A DNA stretch of 29,429 bases from positions 1 to 29,429 of the IMG/VR virus record IMGVR_UViG_3300020044_002005; one strand, given 5' to 3'. The translations under genes were made by a program, and so were the position numbers. Source of the DNA: a virus (Duplodnaviria; Caudoviricetes). The notes under the pieces were generated by a model. That model made no database searches, had not been told where the DNA came from, and saw only the letters and a program-made list of their open reading frames with translations. Of the stretch, positions 1 to 9,016 are shown in pieces; the first letter of the stretch is position 1, and each line of letters opens with the position of its first letter.

Positions 1-1
1 T

Positions 2-241
2 GTTCCTAACTACGTAATGGGTATTTCTAATACTGGCGTATCAGGTCTCGACCAAGCTGCTAACTTCAGCGCATTCTTGTACGACCCAATGTGGTTCAGC
101 TACGCTTCATTGCGTCCTCTACAAGAAGTTGACCTCGGTCAGCTTGGTGACTCTATCATCGGTCAGATCGTTGAAGAGGGTACCTTGGAGTGCCGTAATC
201 CAAAAGGCGCTGGCTTGATCTTCGGTTTGTCAGGTGCTTAA
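2..241 (+). CDS. Major capsid protein, C-terminal part (SU10/DUF5309-like); 5' truncated by window edge
   Basis: Frame is open from the window start (VPNYVMGISN...). The C-terminus LRPLQEVDLGQLGDSIIGQIVEEGTLECRNPKG resembles the LRP...GD...E.TLE.RN.K ending of SU10-type capsids. A strong terminator follows. Confidence 0.8.
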   Translation, partial: VPNYVMGISNTGVSGLDQAANFSAFLYDPMWFSYASLRPLQEVDLGQLGDSIIGQIVEEGTLECRNPKGAGLIFGLSGA

Positions 242-250
242 TAGCTAATT

Positions 251-285
251 AAAAGGGAGGGGAGAAATCCTTTCCCTTTTTATTT
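251..285 (+). terminator. Rho-independent terminator after capsid gene
   Basis: AAAAGGGAGGGGA-GAAA-TCCTTTCCCTTTT hairpin with a GNRA loop, followed by a T-run; position is analogous to T7 Tphi. Confidence 0.85.
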
Positions 286-297
286 CAAAGGAATAAA

Positions 298-573
298 ATG
301 GAATTTCTAAGAATTACCGCCTCAAACGGTGTCAAGACGTATGTCCCTGATAACTATGTAGCACAGATTACTGTTGCTGCAGATACAGGTACTACTGCTT
401 CTGACTACGCGGCTTCTACGGTTATCCGTGGTAAGATTACTGGTGTTAAGTACTATGATGGTGCTAACGCAACAGCAGGTGCTTTGGTAGTTGTTACCGA
501 TGTATCAACTGCTAAATATGAATACGGTTGTTTTACCGTAGACGGTGCTTTCGTAGCAGCGTTATCTAACTAA
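298..573 (+). CDS. Hypothetical virion protein (possible head decoration)
   Basis: AAGGA RBS; 91 aa, T/A/V/G-rich; directly downstream of the capsid gene. Confidence 0.6.
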   Translation: MEFLRITASNGVKTYVPDNYVAQITVAADTGTTASDYAASTVIRGKITGVKYYDGANATAGALVVVTDVSTAKYEYGCFTVDGAFVAALSN

Positions 574-588
574 ACATAAGAGGACACA

Positions 589-912
589 ATGGGGTTTCTA
601 TCACAAGAAGACAAAAAAAATAGTTTCACAGTTAAGGCTGATGAAAAAGATTTTAAATTAGAACAAGACGTTCAAGCATACAAAGACTATGCTGCCCTTT
701 CCCGTGAGCGCGATTCATTTGCAGCTAACGGAAGAACATATCGCTCATTCGCTATTATCCCTGATATTGTAGCTATTGATATGTTGACTAAATTTGGTTT
801 AGACATTCATGCACCTGACTTCATGCATGACCCTCTCAACCTACGTAAACTAAAGAAACTAATTGACACGGAATATCCCGCGCTCAAGACAAGTAACGTA
901 AGAGCCTTATAA
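589..912 (+). CDS. Conserved hypothetical phage protein
   Basis: GAGGA RBS; 107 aa; lies between capsid and adaptor genes. Confidence 0.7.
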   Translation: MGFLSQEDKKNSFTVKADEKDFKLEQDVQAYKDYAALSRERDSFAANGRTYRSFAIIPDIVAIDMLTKFGLDIHAPDFMHDPLNLRKLKKLIDTEYPALKTSNVRAL

Positions 913-924
913 GGAGAATAACAT

Positions 925-1836
925 ATGGCAACACCTAAATTTGACGCACTAGTTGCGAAAGTAAGAGACTGGTCAAATAAACCCGAAGTACAAACTATTC
1001 CCGACAGCGTCATTCAGGATTGCCTATCTTATTCTGCTGATGAGTCTTACAGACAATTAAGAATTCCTCCATTAGAAGCAACTGTAAAATATACAATTTC
1101 AGAAGCTGATAATTTAGGAGAGAATAGTTTAGGTCTTCCTTTTGGAAACGCATTCACATCGTTTGCTATGCCAGAAGACTTAACTCAGTTTATTTATATC
1201 AGAACATTAGCTCAAGAAAACGCAGGTACATCATACTCAACATTCCCTTCTAATGTCAGTAAGGTCTTTAACGAAGTTACAGATAAACGTACCTTCTTTG
1301 ATTTGTACAGTGAAAAGTATTCTGTGTACAACTGGATGTGGCAAGACGGTAAGATCTTTATTCACCCGCAGTTAGCTGTTGGAGCTACCGTAGAGATTCA
1401 CTACTACCGCAGACTCCCTGCATTAAACGCTTTGTATAGCGTTGCACCTATTAACTACCTTGTTGGTCTACCTGATGCTGAACAACCTTACGTAACTCTT
1501 GTTACTTCAGGTGGAACTAACCTGTATTTCTCTACAGCAAACTCTGTATTGAAATGTTTCAGTACCTACGAAGAAGCTGCTCTATACAACCCTACTGTTA
1601 CAACTAAGATGTACGAGGGTAAGGAAGTTTCTAATTGGTTAAGAGATAATAATGAACGATTGATTGTTTGGGGTGGTCTATATAACTTAGGCGCATACCT
1701 ATTCGATACTACAATGGAACAACGGTACGAGAAACGCTTTAACGAAACACTATTCTCAATGAACAAAGAAGAGAAGTGGCGTAGAGCTTCTGGTGGTAAC
1801 GTTCAAGTTAACTTTAACACTAACGGCTTAATCTAA
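925..1836 (+). CDS. Head-tail adaptor / tail tubular protein A-like
   Basis: AAGGAG RBS; YYRRLPAL and NWL...LIVWGGL...YL motifs typical of SU10-type adaptors; gene position fits. Confidence 0.7.
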   Translation: MATPKFDALVAKVRDWSNKPEVQTIPDSVIQDCLSYSADESYRQLRIPPLEATVKYTISEADNLGENSLGLPFGNAFTSFAMPEDLTQFIYIRTLAQENAGTSYSTFPSNVSKVFNEVTDKRTFFDLYSEKYSVYNWMWQDGKIFIHPQLAVGATVEIHYYRRLPALNALYSVAPINYLVGLPDAEQPYVTLVTSGGTNLYFSTANSVLKCFSTYEEAALYNPTVTTKMYEGKEVSNWLRDNNERLIVWGGLYNLGAYLFDTTMEQRYEKRFNETLFSMNKEEKWRRASGGNVQVNFNTNGLI

Positions 1837-1845
1837 GGAGATACT

Positions 1846-3534
1846 ATGGGTTACGAACAAGTACCTGGAATGACAGGTAGTATTTCCGCTGGCGGCGAAT
1901 ACGACAACCTAGATACTACAAACTCAAATGTGTATCCAAAATTAGCGGCTGAGGATGCTGCTGCTGCAGCTCTTAGCGCGGCTCAAGCATTAGCTGCTAA
2001 AGAAGCTGCTGCTGCATCTGCTGCTTCTGCACTAACTTCAGAAAATGCCTCCTTTAATAACGCATCTTCTGCTGCAGCTAGTGCATCATCTGCTGCTAGT
2101 TCTGCAACTAGTGCTTCTGCAAGTGCAGCCACAGCGGTGTCTGAAGCTGCTCAAGCCGCATTGGATGCTGCATCTGCTGTTAGTTCTGCCTCTAGCGCTT
2201 CTACAAGTGCAGCTACAGCAACTACTCAAGCTGGTATTGCTACCACACAAGCTACTAATGCTTTAGCATCAGCGGCTGCAGCTCTTGTTTCTAAAAACGC
2301 AGCTGAGGTATCTGAAGATAATGCCGCAATCTCTGAGGCTAATGCTTTAGCTTCTGAAAATGCTGCTGCAATTTCTGAGACAAATGCCGCCTCTAGCGCG
2401 TCATCCGCAAGTACATCTGCTACAACCGCTACTACGCAAGCTGGCATTTCAACAACTCAAGCAACTAATGCTGCAACTAGTGCTTCTACAGCAACTAATC
2501 AGGCTGGTATTGCTACTACACAGGCTACCAACGCTGCAGCTTCAGCTGTTATTGCGTCTGCCTCTCAAGTAGCCGCCGAAACAGCTCGCGATCAAACTTT
2601 AGCAGCATACGATAACTTTGATGATCGCTATTTAGGTGCTAAGTCTTCAGACCCAACACTAGATAACGATGGTAATGCTCTTATAGCTGGTGCATTGTAC
2701 TTTAGTACTACACTAAACTACATGAGAGTTTACACAGGCACTATCTGGGTAGATGCTTATGCTGCAGGTACATCATTTTTAGCTAAAGCAAATAACCTAT
2801 CAGACTTAGCTAGTGTATCAACAGCAAGAACTAACTTAGGCTTAGGTACTGCAGCTACTACTGATAGTAACGCTTATGCTACTGCTGCTCAAGGCGCTTT
2901 AGCTGATACTGCAGTACAATCTCTGACTTCAACTGATGGTTCCGTAATAGTAACTACTTCTGGAACTACTAGGGATCTATCAGTAAATACTGCAAGAACT
3001 ATTATTGAAACTGTTCGTAACGAATCTGGTGCAACATATGTAGCAGGTACTGTGGTTATCTTAAATGGTAATTCAGGAAATAAGGCTTTAGCAGTAAAGG
3101 CGCAATCTAATTCTGAAGCAAATTCTTCAGGTACATTTGGTGTTATTCGTTATGATTTAACTACAAACTCTAATGGTGATTGTGTTACTTCTGGACTACT
3201 AGTTGGATTAGATACTTCCGCATATGCTGCTGGACAAGTTCTTTGGTTATCACCTACAGTAGCAGGTAGTTATACCACTACTAAACCTGTAGCGCCTAAT
3301 CACGCAGTTAAGGTTGGTATTGTACAACGTTCACACGCTAATCAAGGTGAAATCTTAGTATCAATCGCTAATGGTTACGAATTAGAAGAACTACATAACG
3401 TACTCATTACCTCAGTAGCTGATAAGAATATCATTGCATACGACTCAGCAACAAGCTTATACAAGAACATTGACGGTACAACTATCTATGATGCTGCAGG
3501 TGTTGGTGTAGCTATGGCGATTGCCCTCGGATAA
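1846..3534 (+). CDS. Long tail fibre protein with Ala/Ser/Thr-rich coiled-coil shaft
   Basis: AAGGAG RBS; lambda Stf-like ASASA repeats; FDDRYLG, NNLSDL...ARTNLGLG and terminal AMAIALG motifs common in phage fibres. Confidence 0.8.
   Translation: MGYEQVPGMTGSISAGGEYDNLDTTNSNVYPKLAAEDAAAAALSAAQALAAKEAAAASAASALTSENASFNNASSAAASASSAASSATSASASAATAVSEAAQAALDAASAVSSASSASTSAATATTQAGIATTQATNALASAAAALVSKNAAEVSEDNAAISEANALASENAAAISETNAASSASSASTSATTATTQAGISTTQATNAATSASTATNQAGIATTQATNAAASAVIASASQVAAETARDQTLAAYDNFDDRYLGAKSSDPTLDNDGNALIAGALYFSTTLNYMRVYTGTIWVDAYAAGTSFLAKANNLSDLASVSTARTNLGLGTAATTDSNAYATAAQGALADTAVQSLTSTDGSVIVTTSGTTRDLSVNTARTIIETVRNESGATYVAGTVVILNGNSGNKALAVKAQSNSEANSSGTFGVIRYDLTTNSNGDCVTSGLLVGLDTSAYAAGQVLWLSPTVAGSYTTTKPVAPNHAVKVGIVQRSHANQGEILVSIANGYELEELHNVLITSVADKNIIAYDSATSLYKNIDGTTIYDAAGVGVAMAIALG
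1945..2580 (+). repeat. Low-complexity coding repeats ([16 protein letters not shown]; AAISEANAL)
   Basis: Imperfect in-frame tandem peptide repeats within the tail fibre. Confidence 0.75.
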
Positions 3535-3547
3535 TAAAGGAAAATAA

Positions 3548-3874
3548 ATGGCAAATACATTTACATCCTACGGTAATAAATCCGTAGGTACATCGGCTGC
3601 AACAGTCGTAACAATCGGAGCATCTACGCAGACTACTGTTATTGGCATGTCATGCGCTAACACCTCTGTGTCACCTGTCACTGTAGACGCTTACTTTACA
3701 CGTTCTGCTGTAGACTACTACTTAGTTAAAGGTGCTACTGTACCTGTTGGCTCAGCTATTGTTCTTGTTGGTGGTGATCAAAAAGTAGTGTTAACTACTG
3801 GTGACGTACTCAAGGTGGTTTCATCGGCTGCAGCTTCTATTGATGTTATCACATCGGTACTTAATATTACTTAA
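3548..3874 (+). CDS. Small tail-associated structural protein
   Basis: AAGGA RBS; MANTF...VGTS start and beta-rich sequence, a type that commonly follows AMAIALG-ending fibres. Confidence 0.7.
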   Translation: MANTFTSYGNKSVGTSAATVVTIGASTQTTVIGMSCANTSVSPVTVDAYFTRSAVDYYLVKGATVPVGSAIVLVGGDQKVVLTTGDVLKVVSSAAASIDVITSVLNIT

Positions 3875-3882
3875 GGAGATTT

Positions 3883-4710
3883 ATGTCTTATTTAGGTAAT
3901 ACCCCAACACAACAAAGCTTTACTCCAGCTATTGACTACTTTAGTGGTAATGGGTCTACTACTGTATTCACATTATCTCGTCCTGTTGCATCATCCGCAC
4001 AAGTTCAGGTAGTAGTTAACAACGTAGCTCAGAACCCAAGCACAGCGTTCACAGTATTAAATAACACAATCACATTTACTGGCGCACCTTCAACTGGTAC
4101 AAATAATATTTATGTTCAGTACACCAGCCCAATTACCCAAGTAATTGCACCAAGCCAAGGTACTGTGGGTACTGCTCAGCTTCAAGACGGCGCGGTAATA
4201 ACCCAAGATATTGCTGATGGTGCTGTTACTCCTATAAAGATGTCTCAGAAGTTGACATCCGGTACAGCCGTAGCAAGCACATCTGGCACTAGCATTGACT
4301 TTACGTCTATTCCTTCTTGGGTGAAGCGAATTACTGTGATGTTTGCTGGCGTGTCTGTTAGCGGCACATCAAACATATTGGTTCAATTAGGTGCTGGTAG
4401 CGTTACTACTGCAGGATATCTTGGTGGGGCATGGGCGGCTAATACGATCAACACCACTATTACAACTGGTTTGGCTGTTACAGGTACAAACGAAGCCGCC
4501 CGAAGAATTAACGGATTAATGACAATTGCCAACGTAAGTGGAAATACATGGGCCTCGTCTGTTGTAACTTTTGACAACATAAATAACAACGGCGGTAATG
4601 GCGGCAGCTATATTGCACTTGCTGGCACTTTGGACCGTGTACGTGTCACCACAGTTAACGGCACAGACACCTTTGACGCTGGTTCAATTAACATTCTTTA
4701 TGAAGGATAA
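3883..4710 (+). CDS. Tail fibre / receptor-binding-like protein
   Basis: AAGGAG RBS; MSYLGN...FSGNGSTTVFTLS N-domain; IADGAVT repeats; C-domain SGTSIDFTSIPSWVKRIT...FDAGSINILYE. Confidence 0.7.
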   Translation: MSYLGNTPTQQSFTPAIDYFSGNGSTTVFTLSRPVASSAQVQVVVNNVAQNPSTAFTVLNNTITFTGAPSTGTNNIYVQYTSPITQVIAPSQGTVGTAQLQDGAVITQDIADGAVTPIKMSQKLTSGTAVASTSGTSIDFTSIPSWVKRITVMFAGVSVSGTSNILVQLGAGSVTTAGYLGGAWAANTINTTITTGLAVTGTNEAARRINGLMTIANVSGNTWASSVVTFDNINNNGGNGGSYIALAGTLDRVRVTTVNGTDTFDAGSINILYEG

Positions 4711-4713
4711 TTA

Positions 4714-5211
4714 ATGCCAATTAGTACAATTTCAGACCGTAAAGCGGTTACATATCCCGGCGCAGTGTTACAGGTTGCAAACTATCAAACAGGCGCGTTG
4801 GCAACGGGCGCGGGTGCAATACCATTTGACAACACAATTCCACAAATCACAGAGGGTACGGAATTTATGTCGCTTGCATTTACTCCAACAAGTGCAACCA
4901 GTAAACTACTTATCCAAGTTGTGTGGATTGGCGCAAACCCATCTGCTGCATCTAATGGTTTTTCTGTTGCTTTATTTTCTGCTGGAACATCAAACGCGCT
5001 TGCATCAATGTTTTATAGCGCTGTGAACGGGTCTATAATCCCTTTTTCTTTCAATCATTTTATGACCGCAGGTACTACATCTACAATTACTTTTTCTGTT
5101 CGTGCTGGATCTGCTAACGGTAATACAACAAGTTTTAACGGGCAGTCTGGTGTTGCATTAGGTGGTGGATCTATGGCTTCCTCAATCACAATTACGGAAA
5201 TTGCAATATGA
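4714..5211 (+). CDS. Tail fibre-associated protein
   Basis: GAVLQV start, TPTSATSKLLI and terminal SSITITEIA motifs; ATGA coupling to the next gene. Confidence 0.65.
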   Translation: MPISTISDRKAVTYPGAVLQVANYQTGALATGAGAIPFDNTIPQITEGTEFMSLAFTPTSATSKLLIQVVWIGANPSAASNGFSVALFSAGTSNALASMFYSAVNGSIIPFSFNHFMTAGTTSTITFSVRAGSANGNTTSFNGQSGVALGGGSMASSITITEIAI

Positions 5212-6104
5212 GTTACATCGGAAATCCAATCAACTCAGCGGCCTTCTTAACTGACCAATTCTCTGGTAATGGAAGTACCACTGTGTTCACTATGTCTGTG
5301 GCACCTGCTACGACATCCTCTATTCTAGTTGCTGTATCAGGTGTTGTGCAAGACCCTTCTACTTATGCAGTAGCTGGTACATCACTAACATTCTCTGCGG
5401 CCCCTCCTACTGGCACAGGTAACGTCTCTGTACGTTATCTTGGTATCCCAGCATCAGGTGTAGCAACTACAGCCTATCGTACTGTAACTGAGTTTACTGC
5501 CACCTCAGCGCAAACAACTTTCTCTGTACCTTCGTACACTGTAGGATATATCAATGTGTATCGCAACGGCGTGATGCTTGGCTCTGCTGACTACACCGCT
5601 TCAAGCGGCACAACAGTTGTCTTGGCCTCTGGTGCGACTACAGGTGACTTAGTAACTACAGAAAGTTTCTATGTAAGCTCTGTATTAAATGCTATCCCTG
5701 CTGTTGCCGGTGCGGTGAACTCAACATATATTGCCCCCAACGTAACACTGACAGCGCCAACATTGACTACACCAAACATTGATTCGGCTCAGGTGCCAAC
5801 AGTAGCTGGTACAGCCCCCCTGTACATGTGTCGTGCATGGGTGAACTTCAACGGTACAGGCACTGTGGCAATTCGTGGCAGTGGCAATGTGTCGAGCATC
5901 ACGGATATTAGTGTAGGGCAATACACAATCAACTTAACAAATGCGCTACCTGATGCAAACGGAGCTGTCTTTCAAGGTGATGGTTCAAACACTGAGGCTT
6001 TCCAATCAAGAGTTTTGTTAGCCACTTCGTCTACTGTTAGCTTAGTCGTTTACGATAGTGGTTTTTATGATTCTGCCAATTTATATATCGCGGTCTTCCG
6101 TTAA
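5208..6104 (+). CDS. Tail fibre / receptor-binding-like protein
   Basis: N-domain paralogous to 3883..4710 (FSGNGSTTVFT); C-domain CRAWVNFNGTGTVAIRGSGNVSSITD...AVFR. Confidence 0.7.
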   Translation: MSYIGNPINSAAFLTDQFSGNGSTTVFTMSVAPATTSSILVAVSGVVQDPSTYAVAGTSLTFSAAPPTGTGNVSVRYLGIPASGVATTAYRTVTEFTATSAQTTFSVPSYTVGYINVYRNGVMLGSADYTASSGTTVVLASGATTGDLVTTESFYVSSVLNAIPAVAGAVNSTYIAPNVTLTAPTLTTPNIDSAQVPTVAGTAPLYMCRAWVNFNGTGTVAIRGSGNVSSITDISVGQYTINLTNALPDANGAVFQGDGSNTEAFQSRVLLATSSTVSLVVYDSGFYDSANLYIAVFR

Positions 6105-6113
6105 GGACACACA

Positions 6114-6485
6114 ATGACAAAAGCAATAAACTTAGCAGCGCTAGGCTCAGTGGTAGAAGTACCAACTGGAAGCGCTCCATCTTATCAATGCCGAGCATGG
6201 GTGAACTTTAATAGCAACGGAACTGTTTTTATTCGCGCGAGTGGTAACGTGAGTTCGATTACCGACAACGCCGTTGGAGATTACACGCTCAATTTTTCAA
6301 CTTCGATGCCAGATGGTAGCTACTCAATGACTGGTACAACGCAGTATTACGCAACACCATCTCACGCGGGTTGGCAAACCGTTTATAATATGGCAGCACC
6401 AACAGCAAACTCATGCCGCATTGGTACAGGCTCATCTGCCTCTGGTATTGACTGTGTGTGGATTAACGTAGCCATCTTCCGCTAA
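6114..6485 (+). CDS. Stand-alone tail fibre C-terminal-type domain
   Basis: AAGGA RBS; CRAWVNFNSNGTVFIRASGNVSSITD...AIFR, paralogous to the C-terminus of 5208..6104. Confidence 0.7.
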   Translation: MTKAINLAALGSVVEVPTGSAPSYQCRAWVNFNSNGTVFIRASGNVSSITDNAVGDYTLNFSTSMPDGSYSMTGTTQYYATPSHAGWQTVYNMAAPTANSCRIGTGSSASGIDCVWINVAIFR

Positions 6486-6502
6486 CCAATTAAAGGACAA
6501 AC

Positions 6503-6694
6503 ATGACAAAACGAATTATCTACCCAACAGACGATGGTGGTGTAGCTATTATTATTCCAGCACCTGAATGTGGTTTGACAATCGAAGAGATTGCAGCCAA
6601 GGACGTACCCGCTGGAAAACCATTTAAAATTATTAACACAGAAGACGTACCAACAGATCGTACATTCCGTAACGCATGGGAGTTTCAAGAATGA
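6503..6694 (+). CDS. Conserved small phage protein of tail-fibre loci (possible assembly chaperone)
   Basis: AAGGA RBS; IAAKDVP and PTDRTFRNAWE motifs. Confidence 0.7.
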   Translation: MTKRIIYPTDDGGVAIIIPAPECGLTIEEIAAKDVPAGKPFKIINTEDVPTDRTFRNAWEFQE

Positions 6695-6921
6695 TTACTA
6701 TCAATATTAACAAGGCTAAAGCTATTGCCCACGATATTCGCCGCGCTGCTCGTACCGAAGAATTTAAACCTCTAGATGTACAAGCAACAATCCCTTCGCA
6801 AGCTATTGCTGCAGAAACCGCGCGTGAAGCTATTCGCGTGAAGTATGCACAGATGCAAGAAGCTATTGATTCAGCGGTTGCTATTAATGAGATCAAAGCC
6901 GTTATGCCTCAAAGGAGCTAA
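6691..6921 (+). CDS. Conserved small phage protein (possible tail fibre assembly chaperone)
   Basis: Start moved to ATG 6691, which overlaps the upstream stop (ATGA); MITININKAKAIAHDIRRAAR...FKPLD helical protein. Confidence 0.7.
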   Translation: MITININKAKAIAHDIRRAARTEEFKPLDVQATIPSQAIAAETAREAIRVKYAQMQEAIDSAVAINEIKAVMPQRS

Positions 6922-6923
6922 GT

Positions 6924-7379
6924 ATGTCATTAACACAAATCCCATCTGGGATGATTGCTGCAACAGGCACACCTAGCTCGTCTACTTACCTTCGTGGTGA
7001 TAACACTTGGGCTGCTGTATCTGGTGGGGTAACTTCTGCCGTAGCAGGTAACGGTATTACAGTGTCTGGTGCTACTGGTGCTGTAACTATTAGCCAAGAT
7101 ATTTATACAGGGACTACACAAACCAATTCTAGTTTCCCTATTGGTACCTATCTTCAATGCCTTGGTGTTGGTAATAGAAGTCAAAGTATTGCCTCGCTTA
7201 ATTCAAGTGCTACTATAAGAATCTATTATAACGGTGGTGTATATGGTGGCTACACTGCAAACTATGCTGGCGGTGGTGGTACTATTCTTTCGGGAACATG
7301 GAGATGTCGTGGAGGCGCAGATGCAGATTGTGCTTCTGGTTACAACCCAACCATTATTATGGTTCAACGCACCGCATAA
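6924..7379 (+). CDS. Short tail fibre-like protein
   Basis: AAGGAG RBS; GTPSSSTYLRGDNTW, GVTSAVAGNGITVSGATGAVTI and LSGTWRCRG motifs. Confidence 0.65.
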   Translation: MSLTQIPSGMIAATGTPSSSTYLRGDNTWAAVSGGVTSAVAGNGITVSGATGAVTISQDIYTGTTQTNSSFPIGTYLQCLGVGNRSQSIASLNSSATIRIYYNGGVYGGYTANYAGGGGTILSGTWRCRGGADADCASGYNPTIIMVQRTA

Positions 7380-7390
7380 GGATAAAGAAA

Positions 7391-7696
7391 ATGACACACA
7401 CTATTGGAAATGTTACGTTTGGTGAAATTAGAAATGTTCGCAAATCTGGTGACGAAGAAGGTTTATATTTTGCAGATATTGACATTTCTTTTGAAGAAGG
7501 TTTTCCATTCGAGGAATGCCTTTATTGCGCAAAGGCTGACGACTATGCTGCCACTGGAAAATGGGTTTACCAACAAATCATTGATGGGAACTTTGAGGGT
7601 GTCTTAACACAATTAGGCGCAAACTGCGATCCTGTTACTGGCTTACCTATTGAAAACCTAATTCAACCTACAGTTGTTGGTGCTCGAGAGTTATGA
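7391..7696 (+). CDS. Hypothetical protein (possible fibre chaperone)
   Basis: Start moved to ATG 7391 behind AAGGA; acidic, 101 aa; overlaps the next gene by 4 nt. Confidence 0.6.
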   Translation: MTHTIGNVTFGEIRNVRKSGDEEGLYFADIDISFEEGFPFEECLYCAKADDYAATGKWVYQQIIDGNFEGVLTQLGANCDPVTGLPIENLIQPTVVGAREL

Positions 7697-7971
7697 TTTC
7701 CTGCCCTGTTAAATCCACAGTTATATACGATGGTGCTCAATTAAATGTGTACCATGCTAATAAAGGGTCTGGAGTAATTAAACATGAACACACTTATTCA
7801 CACCTAACCATGTGCCATGCAGGTTCCATTTTAGTTACTAAAGAAGGCAAGTCTCTTATCATGACAAAAGAGACACAGCCTGTAAACCTTGTGGCAAACG
7901 AGTGGCACGAAATTGAAGCTTTAGAAGACGGTACAGTTTTTGTTAATGTCTTCTCAGAAGGAAAATATTAA
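7693..7971 (+). CDS. Cupin-domain protein
   Basis: HEHTYSH...GS first motif and WHEIEALED second motif, typical of small metal-binding cupins; TTG start. Confidence 0.7.
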   Translation: MISCPVKSTVIYDGAQLNVYHANKGSGVIKHEHTYSHLTMCHAGSILVTKEGKSLIMTKETQPVNLVANEWHEIEALEDGTVFVNVFSEGKY

Positions 7972-8196
7972 ATGAGCGATCACACAACTATTACAACAGA
8001 AACAGGAGCAGCAATTATGACTAAAGCAGCTCCACCTGTAACAATATCCCTTGCAACAGTTGCAGGGTACCAAGTCTCAGACTTAGTTCTGTGGGCTACT
8101 CTCATCTATACAAGCCTTATGATCACTCATAAGATCTGGCAGATGTACAAAGACTTTGTTAAACCCGTATGTCTAGCCCCAACAGAATCCAACTAA
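7972..8196 (+). CDS. Putative holin
   Basis: 74 aa; hydrophobic segment LVLWATLIYTSLMIT with a basic tail; immediately precedes and overlaps the endolysin. Confidence 0.65.
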   Translation: MSDHTTITTETGAAIMTKAAPPVTISLATVAGYQVSDLVLWATLIYTSLMITHKIWQMYKDFVKPVCLAPTESN

Positions 8197-8636
8197 GCGG
8201 ATTAGTACTTAGTGCTTCTGCCTTAGTTAGTATTGCTCTTCACGAAGGTTATAGGTCAGAAGCCTATACACCTGTGAAGGGTGATGTTGCTACAATAGGG
8301 TTTGGTACAACAGAAAATGTTAAAGCAGGTGATAAGATTACTGTAGAACGTGCTTTAATAAAGCTCTTAAGCGATACAAATAAATTTAGTGGAGCAGTAA
8401 AGCAATGTGTAACAGTACCCCTGACTCAATATGAATACGACTCTTATGTTTCTTTATCTTATAACATTGGCCCTAATAATTTCTGTAAATCAACTTTAGT
8501 TAAGAAGCTTGAAGCTTACGACTATGATGGTGCATGTAAAGAGATTTTAAAGTGGGATAAGTTCAAAGGAAACCCATTACCCGGATTGACTAAGAGACGT
8601 CAAGAGGAATATAAACTATGTACAAATACATTGTAA
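8169..8636 (+). CDS. Endolysin, GH24 lysozyme, probable SAR type
   Basis: HEGYRSEAYTPVKGDVATIGFG (E...D...T triad), SLSYNIG and GLTKRRQEE motifs; weakly hydrophobic Ser/Ala/Leu N-terminal segment. Confidence 0.92.
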   Translation: MSSPNRIQLSGLVLSASALVSIALHEGYRSEAYTPVKGDVATIGFGTTENVKAGDKITVERALIKLLSDTNKFSGAVKQCVTVPLTQYEYDSYVSLSYNIGPNNFCKSTLVKKLEAYDYDGACKEILKWDKFKGNPLPGLTKRRQEEYKLCTNTL

Positions 8637-9004
8637 GTTTAATTGTTTGTATGTTACTCGCATTTAATTATGGTGAGTTAAGAGTACAATCTAAGTTTGA
8701 TTCTTATAAAAGAGAACAAGCTGAATTAAACCTTAAGCAAATTAAAGAGCATCAAGCTCATACTATTAAATACAAGCAGGAGAAAGAAGATGAGATCCGT
8801 AGTATTAATGCTCGTCATGCTTCTATCGTTAGCAGCTTGCAGCAGCGTCCCACAAGAGAACAATCGCCAACTCTACCCGTTGTCAGCTCAGGAGCAAGAA
8901 GCACTGGAAAACAATTATTTAGAGAAGATGCAGAATTTCTTATCGGGGAAGCTACCCGCGCCGAAATATTAAAACAAGCTCTTCTTGAATGTCGCAAATA
9001 TTAA
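8618..9004 (+). CDS. Rz: Inner-membrane spanin (Rz-like)
   Basis: N-terminal TM segment and coiled-coil periplasmic part; follows the endolysin; contains a nested lipoprotein ORF. Confidence 0.8.
   Translation: MYKYIVSLIVCMLLAFNYGELRVQSKFDSYKREQAELNLKQIKEHQAHTIKYKQEKEDEIRSINARHASIVSSLQQRPTREQSPTLPVVSSGARSTGKQLFREDAEFLIGEATRAEILKQALLECRKY
8790..8972 (+). CDS. Rz1: Outer-membrane spanin lipoprotein (Rz1-like), fully embedded in Rz
   Basis: Signal peptide MRSVVLMLVMLLSLAA-C with an LAAC lipobox; AGGAG upstream; alternate frame inside Rz. Confidence 0.8.
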   Translation: MRSVVLMLVMLLSLAACSSVPQENNRQLYPLSAQEQEALENNYLEKMQNFLSGKLPAPKY

Positions 9005-9016
9005 CAAAGGAATATT

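Noticed and set aside
613-620. A8 homopolymer as a programmed frameshift or phase-variation site
   Set aside because: It encodes Lys-Lys-Asn in an intact ORF, and no supporting structure or useful alternate frame was seen.
2045-2572. Leu/Gln-rich alternate-frame and antisense ORFs in the tail fibre
   Set aside because: These are shadows of GCT/GCA-rich repeat codons.
5820-6485. Diversity-generating retroelement template/variable repeat pair
   Set aside because: Both copies are coding, differences are not confined to adenines, and there is no reverse transcriptase in the window.
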